Shown: one piece after another, positions 13,274 through 25,934 of the stretch
Layout: each line of letters begins with the position of its first letter
How positions within the stretch are numbered: the stretch's first letter is position 1
NCBI RefSeq assembly: GCF_006345805.1
Contig: NC_043009.1
Coordinates: 33,666,001 to 33,730,000 of the forward strand
Length of the DNA: 64,000 nt
Direction of reading: 5' to 3'
DNA from: Octopus sinensis
Lineage: Eukaryota
Position numbers and translations under genes: made by a program
The notes under the pieces: generated by a model
Told to the model about the DNA's origin: nothing
The model's input: only the letters and a program-made list of their open reading frames with translations
Databases searched by the model: none

Positions 13274-13432
13274 CTTCTTTCAGTTTCCGTCTACCAAATC
13301 CACTCACAAGGATTTGATCAGCCCAAGGCTAAAGTAGAAGACACTTACCCAATGTTCCACACAGTGGGACTGAACCCGGAACCATGTGGCTGGTTAGCAA
13401 GCTACTTACCACACAGCCACTCCTGCGCCTAT
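13274..13432 (-). mobile_element. tRNA-headed SINE 5' fragment
   Basis: Reverse complement of the head of the SINE at 13701. Confidence 0.75.
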
Positions 13433-13654
13433 ATTTTTTGGCAATTTTTCTCCTCAACAACAAACTTTCTAAGTCCAGGACTAAGAGGAGTGGAGTGAGT
13501 GTGTGCTTCCTTGTCTTGGCATCATGCACTAATTAATTGTCAACAAATACCAACAACATACAAATGTGAAAGCCTGTTAGAACCCAGGGAAAATATCATC
13601 CAACTTGGAAAAGTGTAAGGGTTGGTGTAAAGAAGAGCAGCCAAAATTTGAAGC

Positions 13655-13696
<42 letters not shown>

Positions 13697-13700
13697 CATT

Positions 13701-14112
13701 GTAGGTGCAGGAGTAGCTATGTGGGAAGTAACTTGCTTACCAACCACATGGTTCTGGGTTCATTCGCACTGCGTGGCACCTTGGGCAATTGTCTTCTACT
13801 ATAGCCTCAAGCTGACCAAAATTTTGTGAGTGGATATGGTAGACAGAAACTGAAAGAAGCCCGTTGTATATATGTGTATATATATGTATGTTTGTATGTG
13901 TGTGTATATGTTTGTGTGTCTGTGTTTGTCCCCCCAACAACGCTTGACAACTGATGCTGGTGTGTTTATGTCCCCATAACTTAGCAGTTCGGCAAAAGAG
14001 ACCGATAGAATAAGTACTAGGCTTCCAAAGAATTAATCTTGGGGTCGATTTGCTCGACTAAAGGCGGTGCTCCAGCATGGCTGCAGTCAAATGACTGAAA
14101 CAAGTAAAGAGT
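13701..14112 (+). mobile_element. Full-length tRNA-headed SINE (paralog 22610-23020; tail-only copy 11059-11200)
   Basis: A/B-box-like head (GTGG..GGTTC), internal TA/TG microsatellite, and a tail ending GACTGAAACAAGTAAAGAGT. Confidence 0.8.
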
Positions 14113-14351
14113 ATTATTATTATTATTATTATTATTATTGTTATTATTTTTATTATTATTATAAGAGAAGTACATTTGACAGAATTGTTGAAGCTTTGAA
14201 GATGAAGCCCTATTGGGCCTGATGTTTAAGTTTTGTTTCTGTCACAGAAGGAAATTGGAGTATGTGTGTATATATATATATATCAAAATAGGCAACAAGG
14301 ATATCAAGAGGTAATGCAGTACGATCGTTTCATGCATTCCACAGGCATATA

Positions 14352-14421
14352 GCATTATGGCATAATGGTTAAGAGCATGGGCAACTAATCCCAAGATTCT
14401 GAGTTCGATTTCAGGCAGTGA

Positions 14422-14459
<38 letters not shown>

Positions 14460-14612
14460 TCAAAAAATAGCTTAGGAATGAGAACCCAGGTTCAAAATTT
14501 CCCCAAGACACCTGATGAAACCTGGAGGGTATATCAGCCGAAACATTGTGTTACCAACAAACAAGATGAGGACAAATATCCATCAAATGTAAATAATGTC
14601 AATAATGTGCAC
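14352..14612 (+). mobile_element. tRNA-headed SINE with internal (AAT)n and a hammerhead-like 3' motif (paralog 23821-24081)
   Basis: TGGCATAATGGTTAAGAGC...GAGTTCGATT head, then (AAT)n, then CTGATGA...GAAAC. Confidence 0.65.
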
Positions 14613-15721
14613 CAACCATATCCAAGTTTTTGTAAGATTTTGGATTTGCATCTAAAGTTGCTATGAATTCTACAACCGAGACAAGTTGAATAACCTTCAC
14701 ATTCAACACAAAACAGTGTCTTAGTCTACATGGACACAGATGTTCCATACCTAATTTAAAATATACAAATGTTGTCATTCTATCAAAACAGTGTATGCCA
14801 TATTGAAAACAAATGTATTTCTATGCAGTTTACTCTATTTTTCTCTCTCCTCTCTCTTCTTCTCTCTTCTCTTATTTTCTTTCCTTCCTTATGTTTTCTT
14901 CATTATTAACTACATTAATTACATGCATCACTATACATATTAACCTGGATTAGTTAAATGTCATTCACACTTGTCTCCAAATCACTAAGCTACAAGCAGT
15001 GATATTGCTATCCTTTCCTGTCAACAAATCATCCACTGATTTTGCACCTTCAAAGAAAAGCAGTTAAGGGTTTATGGAAGAAAGGGCACCTAACAGTAAA
15101 GCAGTGCTTCAATATACTGAACTGGATATATCTGATATCATACTAATATGTTTTGAAGCATAAACCCTTTGACACTGCATATACAGCGATTGGTGTGTGC
15201 ATCTCTGCATATGTTGAAGTGTATGTGTGTGTGTGTTTCTCCACATACATTGTAGTAGTGCACTTGTAGATTATTGTAATTGCAGTGAATGCTTATTTGT
15301 CATACAATCTTTATGTAGGACATGCAGTGAACTAGACAGATTTTTTTAAATGTCAGGCAAATATATTCAAAACATACGATGTTAAAGTAAAAAGCATCTG
15401 ACAAGTTTTATGGGGCAAACTTGATCACCAAATGAAAGTTTCAACAATAACTGTTATGTTTTTATGAAAAATGTAATTTGACTCTTTTTGCTATAAAATT
15501 TGTATTTGGCACTTAAATTAACATAGACCTTGATGGAAGGTTTTAATTTACATCTCTTTGAAACAAGAAATTTATATTTTAGAATCAGGAGTAATCTCAG
15601 AATGGGCTTGCATCAAAAGGGTTAGTGGGTGATAGGGGTAAATAGATGATGATTCATCAATTATGAGTTGGGTTAGGGTAGTGTTTGTAAGTGTTTGTCA
15701 TTTGAAACAGGTCACATATTT

Positions 15722-16128
15722 GTGTTTAGGGTCCTCGGCCCTTTTTTCCCCTATCAGTGTTCATACTCGACAGAGTGTAAGTACCTTGAGAGAGAAGTTG
15801 GACCTAAGAAGCATCAGTTGCGGTGTGCAAGAGAGATGTTTGCGCTGGTATGGCCATGTGGTGAGAATGGATGAAGATAGGTGTGTGAAAAAGTGCCACA
15901 CCCTAGCTGTTGAGGGAACCTGTGGAAGAGGCAGACCCAGGAAAACCTGGGATGAGGTGGTGAAGCACGACCTTTGAACTTTAGGTCTCACCGAGGAAAT
16001 GACTAGAGACCGAGACCTTTAGAAGTATGCTGTGCGTGAGAAGACTCGGCAGAACAAGTGAGATCATAATCCATGGCCTCAGTCCACTTATGCATACCTT
16101 TCCTTCTTGGGACACAAAACTCTACTTA
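15722..16128 (+). mobile_element. RTE LINE 3' ORF end plus partial 3' UTR, cut at the duplication junction
   Basis: RCLRWYGHVVRMDEDRCVKKCHTLAVEGTCGRGRPRKTW is a typical RTE C-terminus. The paralog at 25023 continues further. Confidence 0.85.
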
Positions 16129-16175
16129 CACTTTTCCAAGTTGGATGATATTTTCCCTGGGTTCTAACAGGCTTT

Positions 16176-17030
16176 TTTGGTTCATATTAGCCAGCTGACA
16201 ACAGTACACATCAGAATTAATGGTCTGGTTTTGTGGGAAAAGCTCATAATAAATTAGTGCCTTTATGATCTCACCAAACACAAAGCATAGCTTTTTTGGA
16301 ATGGATATCCATCTTTAGTTGCTGTTTTGGGGGATTCTTACACAAACTCCAGGTTCTTTTTTGCACTACATTTTCGTACACAATCCATTTTTCATCTCCA
16401 TTCAAAAGTTGTTTCAAAAAAGGCATGCTTCAATTCCGTTTCAAAAGCATATTCCAAATGGAATACCAGTCCATGCAATTCTTTTCTGAGAGTTTGTGAG
16501 GGACCCATATTTTATGGCGAGAAATGTATTCTAGATTCACTAGGTGTTCATGAGCCATACTTTTAGAAACTTCCTACTCCTCTGCAAGTTCTCTAGTCAT
16601 GATATTTGAGTTTCTTCGATTTTTGCCTTCAAAACCTCTTCATCCAATTTTGAAGGCCTTCCACTGCAGTTATCATCTTCCAGCCTAAACTCCGCAGCTT
16701 TAAATTTCACAAACCATTTGATTCACCTTCCGCATCATCATCATCCTCATGAACTTCACAAATGCTTTTGCAAGTCTTTGCAGCATTTTCTCCTTTTTTT
16801 AAAAAAGAAAAGCATTACAATGCGAATATGAGATTTTTGGTTATCCATTTCAAATGTCAATGAAGGGTAGTCGGAATGAAAGATAAATCTATTTTTAGTC
16901 AAAAACAAAGAAGAGATGCACTACCACTTCAAATAACGCCAAACTTTTAACTGTGTTATGTTTCAGGTGTGTCCAATGAAGTGTTAAAAGATTTAGCTTA
17001 AAAACAGACAGAACTTGCCGGACAACCTAA
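16176..17030 (-). mobile_element. Decayed mariner transposon, 5' TIR and N-terminal half of transposase (copy B)
   Basis: TIR ending ...GGACAACCTAA|TA at 17030. ATG at 16848 gives MDNQKSHIRIVMLFFF, followed by NAAKTCKSICEV, GDEKWIVYENV, KKAMLCVW and QTINSDVYC. Truncated at 16176. Confidence 0.85.
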
Positions 17031-17374
17031 TATTATCTGGTATTTCAATATTTCAGGGTTAGGAACCCAATCTTCAGGAAATCTATGGAGATGTTGATTG
17101 CTAACTTCTCTGGTCTGTAGTGTGTTATGAAGCAGAAAAGTTGCCTATCAACATTTATGTATATCTCTAGCCACATTTCGTTCTTTAGTCGCTACCTTCA
17201 CTTAATATTATGTATATATATAATACTATATATATATATAATATTTATCGCACACATACTCACACGGCAGTAACTTTCGCCAACCGAATTCAATCACAAA
17301 GCTTCGGTCCGCTCGAGGCTATAGCAGAAGACACCTGCCCAAAGTGCCATGCAGTGTATATATATATATAATGT

Positions 17375-17401
<27 letters not shown>

Positions 17402-17405
<4 letters not shown>

Positions 17406-18165
17406 GAAGCCTTTAATCCTCAGTCAAGAACCGGATCATCCTTGCAATTTCAGCTGATTAATCTTGAGATTGCTCCAATCTGGCCAGCCCCAAGGAAAAA
17501 CTAAGCTAAGAGCATTTGATTCCTTGGAAAAAGGATCAAATGTGTATGAAACAAGGACAGAAAAACGGACGATGTTACACGATTATAAATACAAAAAAAA
17601 ACAAAAAAATAATACGAATATAAATGCAAAAAAACAATAATAATAATAATAATAACAGGACACAACAACAGGTGTCTTTCAACCAGAGATGAATTGAACT
17701 CAGCTGGCGTATTGAGTGAGAATTAAGCCTTACAGCAGATGAAAACAACAATGTTACCGTGCCAGTGGTCACGAGAGAAAAAGAGGAGCAAAGGAATTAA
17801 GGAGGGGGAGAAGAGAGTGAAAAAGAGGAACAAAGAGATTAAGGAGGGGGAGAAGAAAGAGAGTGTGCAGCCCGAAGAATCAAGGATTGGCAAGAAAAAT
17901 GAAAGACAGGACAGTGAAGTGCAAAGTAAGAAAGGCAAATATATATATGAATACAAAATGGGACAAGAACGCAAAACATTCAAATAGACGATACAAAAAT
18001 CACGGACGGGTCATTCGAAGCCTCTAATCTTCAGTCAAGAACCGGATCATCCTCGCAATTTTGGCTGATTAATCTTGAGATTGCTCCGATCTGGCCAGGC
18101 CCAAGGAAAAACTAAGCTACGAGCATTAGATTTCTTGGAAAAAGGATCAAATGTATATGAAACAA
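17402..18165. mobile_element. Mini element with ~153-bp direct terminal repeats, flanked by (TA)n
   Basis: 17402-17554 and 18013-18165 are near-identical direct repeats around a ~460-bp purine-rich core. No ORF recognised. Confidence 0.6.
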
Positions 18166-19515
18166 TATATATATGAAGGTTTGTCAAAACGTAATGCCAT
18201 TTTGTTTAGGACAGGTATAATTACCAACACAGGAACATGTATCATACATCCCTACCTCTCAACATAGTCACTGTTTCTCTCAATAATAATGTTCCACCTT
18301 CGAATGAGAGCATGTATCCTTGCCCCATAAAATCCTGTTGACTCTTCTTTGAGCCACTTCTTGAAGTGAAAACAGTTTGGGGTAAAAAACATGTCTGGAG
18401 TATTTTCTTTGAACTTTAAATATAGTTTGGTATAGTGAGAGAAAAAGAGAGGGAGTGTAGTTGTCTGTTATCTAAAGAAGATTTTTTTCCCTGTGGGTTT
18501 CTGCTGTATTTGCCAGCTTAAAAGCATTTATTGAATAGGTTTTATGTCCACTTGTGTGTGTGTGTTAAAGAAGGCAAAATATAAAACAAAAATAATGGTG
18601 TTCAGTAGTTGGTTCAATATACTGGCCACAGGAATTTCTGTCCAGGAAAGTTGTACATCTTCTTCTTTCTCTCACATACCCACTCTCTCTTATCATTACT
18701 CCCATCAACTCTCCTACATTTCTTTGTCTCACTTTCTCTCCCTCTCTTTTTCTTTCTGTCTCTCTCTCTCTCTCTCTTTCTCTTCGCCACCGCTCCCCTC
18801 CCTCCCCCATGTCCCTATGCCTACTATTACTCTCACCCCAGCACAATGAAGTGTCATTTAATAGTGATAAAGGGGGTCAAAGTGTGACACACTGACACAG
18901 AAATTAGTTTTTGCATTTATTATATTAGATATATTCTTTTATGTATTTTAGCCAGGTGGATATGATCATGCTGGAGCACCTATAGATAGATAGACAGACA
19001 GACAGATAGATAGATATTAGCTTAAAAGCCACACTCAGTGCAAACTTTTAAGATGGCTTATTGATCATGCTGCTCACAACTAAATACCTTATATAAGAGA
19101 AATGTTTTGAAAATTATTTTAGTTGTGTCTCGCCCCTCCTCAATCCCATTTTTATCCACTCCAATGCTTTCGAATGGCAACCCACAACTATTGATTGTTG
19201 TTCAGGTGAGGATAACTATTCATGTCTGGTTAACTATTCATGTGAGGTTTATGACCATGAGAAAGAATAACTGAGAAGATTTCTTTCATTAACAAACCTT
19301 CTCATAATGAAAACACATTAGCAGATGACACATTTCAATACTGCCATAAGCAATATCCATTTCACAGCATTTTGTTTCTTTACCTTTCATTATCCAGATT
19401 TCATTTCAAAACTTTTCACTGTTGTTCATACATTTTTTTTTCATCACTGTTAAAGTTGTCCCTAATTTTGTAAATATCTTTTGAGGATTATACTACTTCT
19501 TAAAACACACCAAAA

Positions 19516-19941
19516 ATGTCTTCAGAAGACTCTACAGACGCTGGAATTTCTTCAAATGCATTTGCCGTGTTCATCCTTATATTATTTGGAATCATTCGTT
19601 TTGTCTATCTGCTTTCGAATCCCATCAAACAAGCCTTAGATACTTGCAGACTGAAGCTCCTATCCTTTGTATTGGCAAGGTACTGGTGCATGGTACTGGA
19701 AAAGTATAAAGAAGAACTGGACAACTTCTTCCAGCCTCTTCACATGAAAAAGAAAGAAATTTCTGAAAATCTCGACGTTTTGGAAATTGGTATCGGAGAT
19801 GGTACGAATTTCCCTTATTATCCGGAAGGCTGCAATGTACATGCTTTGGACATAGACGATACTTGTGAAGCGGTAGTGCAGAATAACATAAAGAAATATC
19901 CGCACCTGATGTTCAAAAAGTTCTACTGTTCTTTCTTGTGA
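19516..19941 (+). pseudogene. METTL7: METTL7 (TMT1A/B-like thiol methyltransferase) exon 1, copy B; open but lacking its last tens of codons and the splice donor
   Basis: N-terminal hydrophobic anchor and SAM motif VLEIGIGDGTNFPYYPEGCNVHALD, similar to METTL7A VLEVGCGTGANFKFYPPGCRVTCID. After HLMFKKFY the sequence joins intronic DNA equal to 5699 onward and stops. Confidence 0.85.
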
Positions 19942-22900
19942 TTTCGACATTTACTGTTTCATTAAATTATGTTACCCAAAATCCCAAAGAAATATTCTTC
20001 TTCCTTGTGTTGTATTTATTGCTTGACCACCTAACTCTGACCCCTCTTTCTCAGCCTCACTGTGTCTCTCTCTCTCTCTCTTCGATTTACCACCTGATTC
20101 GCCAACATTTCCCCCCTAACCCTAACTCTATATAAACCAATGCATGCTCTGTTTCCCCTACTCGATTTTCAATTCCTCTGCAGAAAGAATATGAATTTCA
20201 GAAGATGCTCAGATAAGAAAATTAGTCTTTTCAACCTCGTTCATATACTCCTGTTGGTACTATTTAAGAAGAGTTGTCCCGGTGCGCGCACTCATGTACT
20301 TGTGTATCCGCGCTAGCTAGTCGTGACTAGTCGATCCTTATTTTGTGTTTTATTTACTTTGTTTAAAAAAATTATTTACTTTGTGCAAAAAAATTGGATC
20401 TTTTCCTTTTGAACGGCACTTTGTAACATAATTTCTAGGAAACTAAAAAGTTTTAAACTTCGTATACTGGTAGAATGTGTTTATAAAACATCATTTTCTC
20501 TTGGCTTTATTGAGAAAATTCTAAAGGTTGTAACATATTTCATCTAAAATTTCTTGCATTTCGGCAATTTTAACCAATCAATTACCTCCATTGACGTAAA
20601 TAACATTCTGTGCAAAATGAATATATCCCTCCTTTAAGGAACAGATTGGGTTTATTTACATTTGTGAAGAAAAAAAGATACCCTTCCCCAACCCCTAACC
20701 CTAAATCTAAAATAGATTGAAATGCAATAGATCAATACTAGGGCCATAATTATGGGTGACATTTTCATTTGACACCGCTATAAAAAAATCCCATTTTCCA
20801 TAGCAGTGTCGTATGAAATTGTCACCCATAAAAAATTGCAGTAGAGTCCAGTCAAATGGATGACCATGTTGAAGTGGCTACAAATATTACTTGTCAGCAC
20901 AGCTACTGTGTTGATTTTAAAACTAGCATTTTTTTCTTTGTTATTCAACTATTATTTTATTCAGTTAAAGATGTCTTATTATTTAAACAACAACCATAAC
21001 TAGGTGAATAGTCACTCCTTTTTGTGTACTACTTTCTTGGTCTTGGTTGTTACTGCTACTTGAAGTAGCTCAAGAGCCAAGATTAGTTTTGTTTGACTAA
21101 AATGGCTGCCAGGTTACTGTTCTGTGGTTAGTCAGAACAAAGCTGGTAAAAACCTGTTGAAATGTCTGCTACAAACAGGTTGTTTAACTAGTTAGTGAAT
21201 GTGCCTCTGCAAGGTTGCTTGTCTTCAAAATTCCTCTCAAAACATGCTGTACTGTCTTGAAATATGAGACAACCATGCAAGTACAATGATGTAGTTTAAT
21301 TAGGACTGACTTCTCTGCTGTATTTCTTCATGAAACATTCAAATATCTGCTGTGTGTCTGTCCTTGTTTGTTTGTTTGTATGTGTGTATCTATTATGTAA
21401 TATAAAATCTTACTGATGAACATGGAAATCCTGTCTATATTTAGTTTGATAGCTTAAATCCCACCATACTTCTGATATCAAGAATGTACTGCCGAATGCA
21501 GCTTCATTTGCAAAGCTATTCTACATGGTATTCTGAATATGTAATTGGAATTTTCAAATGTGGTTAAGAAGTTTCTTTCCCAACCAAAAGCACACACACA
21601 CATACAGTGAGCTTCTTACAGTTTCCATCTACCTCATCCACTCACAAGGCTTTGAATGGCTCAAGGTTAAAGCAGATGAAACTTGCTCAAGTTGTTACAC
21701 AGCTGGGACCAATTCTGGAATCACATGATTGTGATGCCAGCATCTTCATTGTACAGCTATACCTGCAACTATGTTTGTTAACTTCTTTGCATCTTCAAAA
21801 GTATGTGAAATACAAGATCTCTTACTTAAAAAACAGGAATGGTTTAGCGACAGGAAGAGTATCCAGCTGTAAACAATGCCTCAGTCATCATCATCATCAT
21901 CATTGTCATTGAACGTCTGTTTGCCATGCTGGCATGGGTTGAACGGTTTGACTGAGGACTGGTGAGCCAGAAGGCTGCACCAGGCTCCAATCTGATCTGG
22001 CAGAGTTTCTACTGCTGGATGCCCTTCCTAATGCCAACCACTCCAAGAGTGTAGTGGGTGCTTTTACGTTCCACTGGCACGAGAGCCAGTCAGGTGATTC
22101 TGGCAACGACCACACTCAAAGGGTGTTTTATACGTACTACGTGCACAGGAGTGAGTCTGGTGGTACTGGAAACGACCATGCTTGAATGTTGTTTTTCACA
22201 TGCCACCGGTACATGTGCCAGTAAGGCGATGCTGGCAACAATCACTGGCGATGTAGTCTAATGAATGATAGCATAGAATAACAGACAATTGTTGACCATC
22301 TTCATGTGTTTTTAAGGGATAATATTTTGTCTATTTATGTTTTTATGTATCCTACCAGTTGCAGAGATAAAATGGTTTGGATTAACATGAACTTTCCATG
22401 ATTGCTGGAGAGAGAACAGGAATCTTATTAAATGTCTCAAGAGATCATAAAGTTTTGGAGTGTCGTGAATGTTTGGACCAGGCTTAGGATAGGAGGAAAT
22501 AGTATTCCAAGTTGAATTGAATCTGTACAGATATTTGTTAAAGTAAAAGTAGTGTAGGGGTTATGGTCCCTTACTTAATTTGATTAATGTTTGAAGACTG
22601 TTGCTTATTGTAGGTGCAGGAGTAGCTATGTGGTAAGTAACTTGCTTACCAACCACATGGTTCCGGGTTCATTCGCACTGCGTGGCACCTTGGGCAAGTG
22701 TCTTCTACTATAGCCTCAAGCTGACCAAAATCTTGTGAGTGGATATGGTAGACAGAAACTGAAAGAAGCCCGTTGTATATATGTGTATATATATGTATGT
22801 TTGTATGTGTGTGTATATGTTTGTGTGTCTGTGTTTGTCCCCCCAACAACGCTTGACAACTGATGCTGGTGTGTTTATGTCCCCATAACTTAGCAGTTCG

Positions 22901-23050
22901 GCAAAAGAGAGCGATAGAATAAGTACTAGGCTTCCAAAGAATAAATCTTGGGGTCGATTTGCTCGACTAAAGGCGGTGCTCCAGCATGGCCACAGTCAAA
23001 TGACTGAAACAAGTAAAGAGTATTATTACTATTATTATTATTATTATTAT

Positions 23051-23564
23051 TGAGTGAGCGAGCAGAGCATGCCATCAAAGTGACGCTGGGGTAAAATATA
23101 CGAAGCCCAGTATACCCATCATGACTACCCGTCTGATAAGGGCACACCAGGCACATGCATCACAACCATATGTGCGCGAAATGGTGATCTCATATCAAGA
23201 TAAACAGCACATGACCTTGCAGGTGGAGCCCAGTTAGAATTTTCTTCAGATTGAGTAACCCATCCCGCTCAAAAGGTCCCTGAATAAGGGTTGTTTAAGG
23301 ACATTGAACGAAACACCCATGTTTCCAGAGGTGAATTATTCAAACCCCAAAGAATCCTTCTCAACACATGGCTATGATGCTCCCCCACTACTTCTGCTTG
23401 TGATCAGAGATGCACATATCGTCAGCCACTAAGGGACATGCTCAACTGGTTAAGGTCAAACAACTGACAAGCAAATCTGTGGTATTGAGCAGAATATTTG
23501 CTGTAGCCCATCTTTTATACCAAGACAAAACAATGTACATGATAACACTTCCAATCAGTTAAGA

Positions 23565-23567
<3 letters not shown>
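23051..23567 (-). mobile_element. 5'-truncated retroposon inserted in (ATT)n, present only in duplicate B
   Basis: Reverse complement of the element at 57573-58190. Flanked by (ATT)n on both sides and absent from the paralogous position near 14120. Confidence 0.8.
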
Positions 23568-23627
<60 letters not shown>

Positions 23628-23890
23628 TTATAAGAGAAGTACATTTGAGAGAATTGTTGAAGCTTTGAAGATGAAGTCCTATTGGGCCTGATTTTTAAGT
23701 TTTGTTTCTGTCACAGAAGGAAATTGGAGTATGTGTGTATATATATATATATCAAAATAGGCAACAAGGATATCAAGAGGTAATGCAGTACGATCGTTTC
23801 ATGCATTCCACAGGCATATAGCATTATGGCATAATGGTTAAGAGCATGGGCAACTAATCCCAAGATTCTGAGTTCGATTTCAGGCAGTGA

Positions 23891-23928
<38 letters not shown>

Positions 23929-24395
23929 TCAAAAAATAGCTTAGGAATGAGAACCCAGGTTCAAAATTTCCCCAAGACACCTGATGAAACCTGGAGGGTA
24001 TATCAGCCGAAACATTGTGTTAACAACAAACAAGATGAGGACAAATATCCATCAAATGTAAATAATGTCAATAATGTGCACCAACCATATCCAAGTTTTT
24101 GTAAGATTTTGGATTTGCATCTAAAGTTGCTATGCATTCTACAACTGAGACAAGTTGAATAACCTTCACATTCAACACAAAACAGTGTCTTAGTCTACAT
24201 GGACACAGATGTTCCATACCTAATTTAAAATATACAAATGTTGTCATTCTATCAAAACAGTGTATGCCATATTGAAAACAAATGTATTTCTATGCAGTTT
24301 ACTCTATTTTTCTCTCTCCTCTCTCTTCTTCTCTCTTCTCTTATTTTCTTTCCTTCCTTATGTTTTCTTCATTATTAACTACATTAATTACATGC

Positions 24396-24677
24396 ATCAT
24401 CATCATCATCATCATCATTTAGCGTCCGTTTTCCATGCTAGCATGGGTTGGACGGTTCTACTGGGGTCTGTGAAGCCAGAAGGCTTCATCAGGCCCAGTC
24501 AAATCTGGCAGTGTTTCTACGGCTGGATGCCCTTCCTAACGCCAACCACTCCGTGAGTGTAGTGGGTGCTTTTTACGTGCCACCCGCACTGGTGCCAGAC
24601 AGAGCTGGCAAACGGCCACGAACGGATGGAGCTTTTTATGTGCCACCGGCACGAGGGCCAGGCGAGGCTGGCAACGG
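24396..24677 (-). mobile_element. RTE-type 3' end, present only in duplicate B
   Basis: (CAT)n end and RTE UTR motifs; absent near 14930. Confidence 0.8.
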
Positions 24678-25022
24678 ATATTAACCTGGATTAGTTAAAT
24701 GTCATTCACACTTGTCTCCAAATCACTAAGCTACAAGCAGTGATATTGCTATCCTTTCCTGTCAACAAATCATCCACTGATTTTGCACCTTCAAAGAAAA
24801 GCAGTTAAGGGTTTATGGAAGAAAAGGCACCTAACAATAAAGCAGTGCTTCAATATACTGAACTGGATATATCTGATATCATACTAATATGTTTTGAAGC
24901 ATAAACCCTTTGACACTGCATATACAGCGATTGGTGTGTGCATCTCTGCATATGTTGAAGTGTATGTGTGTGTGTGTTTCTCCACATACATTGTAGTAGT
25001 GCACTTGTAGATTATTGTAATT

Positions 25023-25934
25023 GTGTTTAGGGTCCTCGGCCCTTTTTTCCCCTATCAGTGTTCATACTCGACAGAGTGTAAGTACCTTGAGAGAGAAGTT
25101 GGACCTAAGAAGCATCAGTTGCGGTGTGCAAGAGAGATGTTTGCGCTGGTATGGCCATGTGGCGAGAATGGATGAAGATAGGTGTGTGAAAAAGTGCCAC
25201 ACCCTAGCTGTTGAGGGAACCTGTGGAAGAGGCAGACCCAGGAAAACCTGGGATGAGGTGGTGAAGCACGACCTTTGAACTTTAGGTCTCACCGAGGAAA
25301 TGACTAGAGACCGAGACCTTTAGAAGTATGCTGTGTGTGAGAAGACCCGGCAGAACAAGTGAGACCATAATCCATGGCCTCAGTCCACTTATGCATATCT
25401 TTCCTTCTTGGGACACAAAACTCTACTTGTGAAGACCTGTTGAGGCAAGTGAAAATCAAAAAATCAAAAATCAAAATCGATCAACATGAATGGAAATTGT
25501 AGCTGAGATACCAGTGCCGGTGGCACATAAGAGAACCATCTGAACGTGGACGTTGCCAGCGCCGCCCCGACTGGCTTCCGTGCCGGTGGCACGTAAAAAG
25601 CACCATCCGATTGTGGCCGTTGCCAGCCTCACCTGGCCTCCGTGCTAGTGGCACGTAAAAAGCACCATCCGATCGTGGTCATTTGCCTGCCTCTCCTGGC
25701 CTCCGTGCCAGTGGCACGTGAAAAGCACCATCCGACCGTGGCCATTTGCCAGCCTCGTCTGGCACGTAAAAAGCCCCCACTACACTCATGGAGTGGTTGG
25801 CGTTAGGAAGGGCATCCAGCCGTAGAAACATTGCCAGATCAGACTGGGCCTGGTGCAGCCTTCTGGCTTCCCAGACCCCAGTTGCACCGTCTAACTCATT
25901 CCAGCATGGAAAGCGAACGCTAAACGATGATGAT
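25023..25934 (+). mobile_element. RTE LINE 3' end: C-terminal ORF, 3' UTR with ~50-60-bp internal repeats, (GAT)n tail
   Basis: RWYGHVARMDEDR...GRGRPRKTW, then the UTR, then GATGATGAT at 25926-25934. Confidence 0.88.

Larger units (their letters stand above)
3075..16128. repeat. Tandem segmental duplication, copy A (paralogous to 16468-25428)
   Basis: Long near-identical blocks: 3324-4460 vs 18339-19701, 5699-8214 vs 19928-22609, 13701-15290 vs 22610-25022, 15722-16128 vs 25023-25428. ORF-track entries at 7389 and 21607 are identical. Confidence 0.92.
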
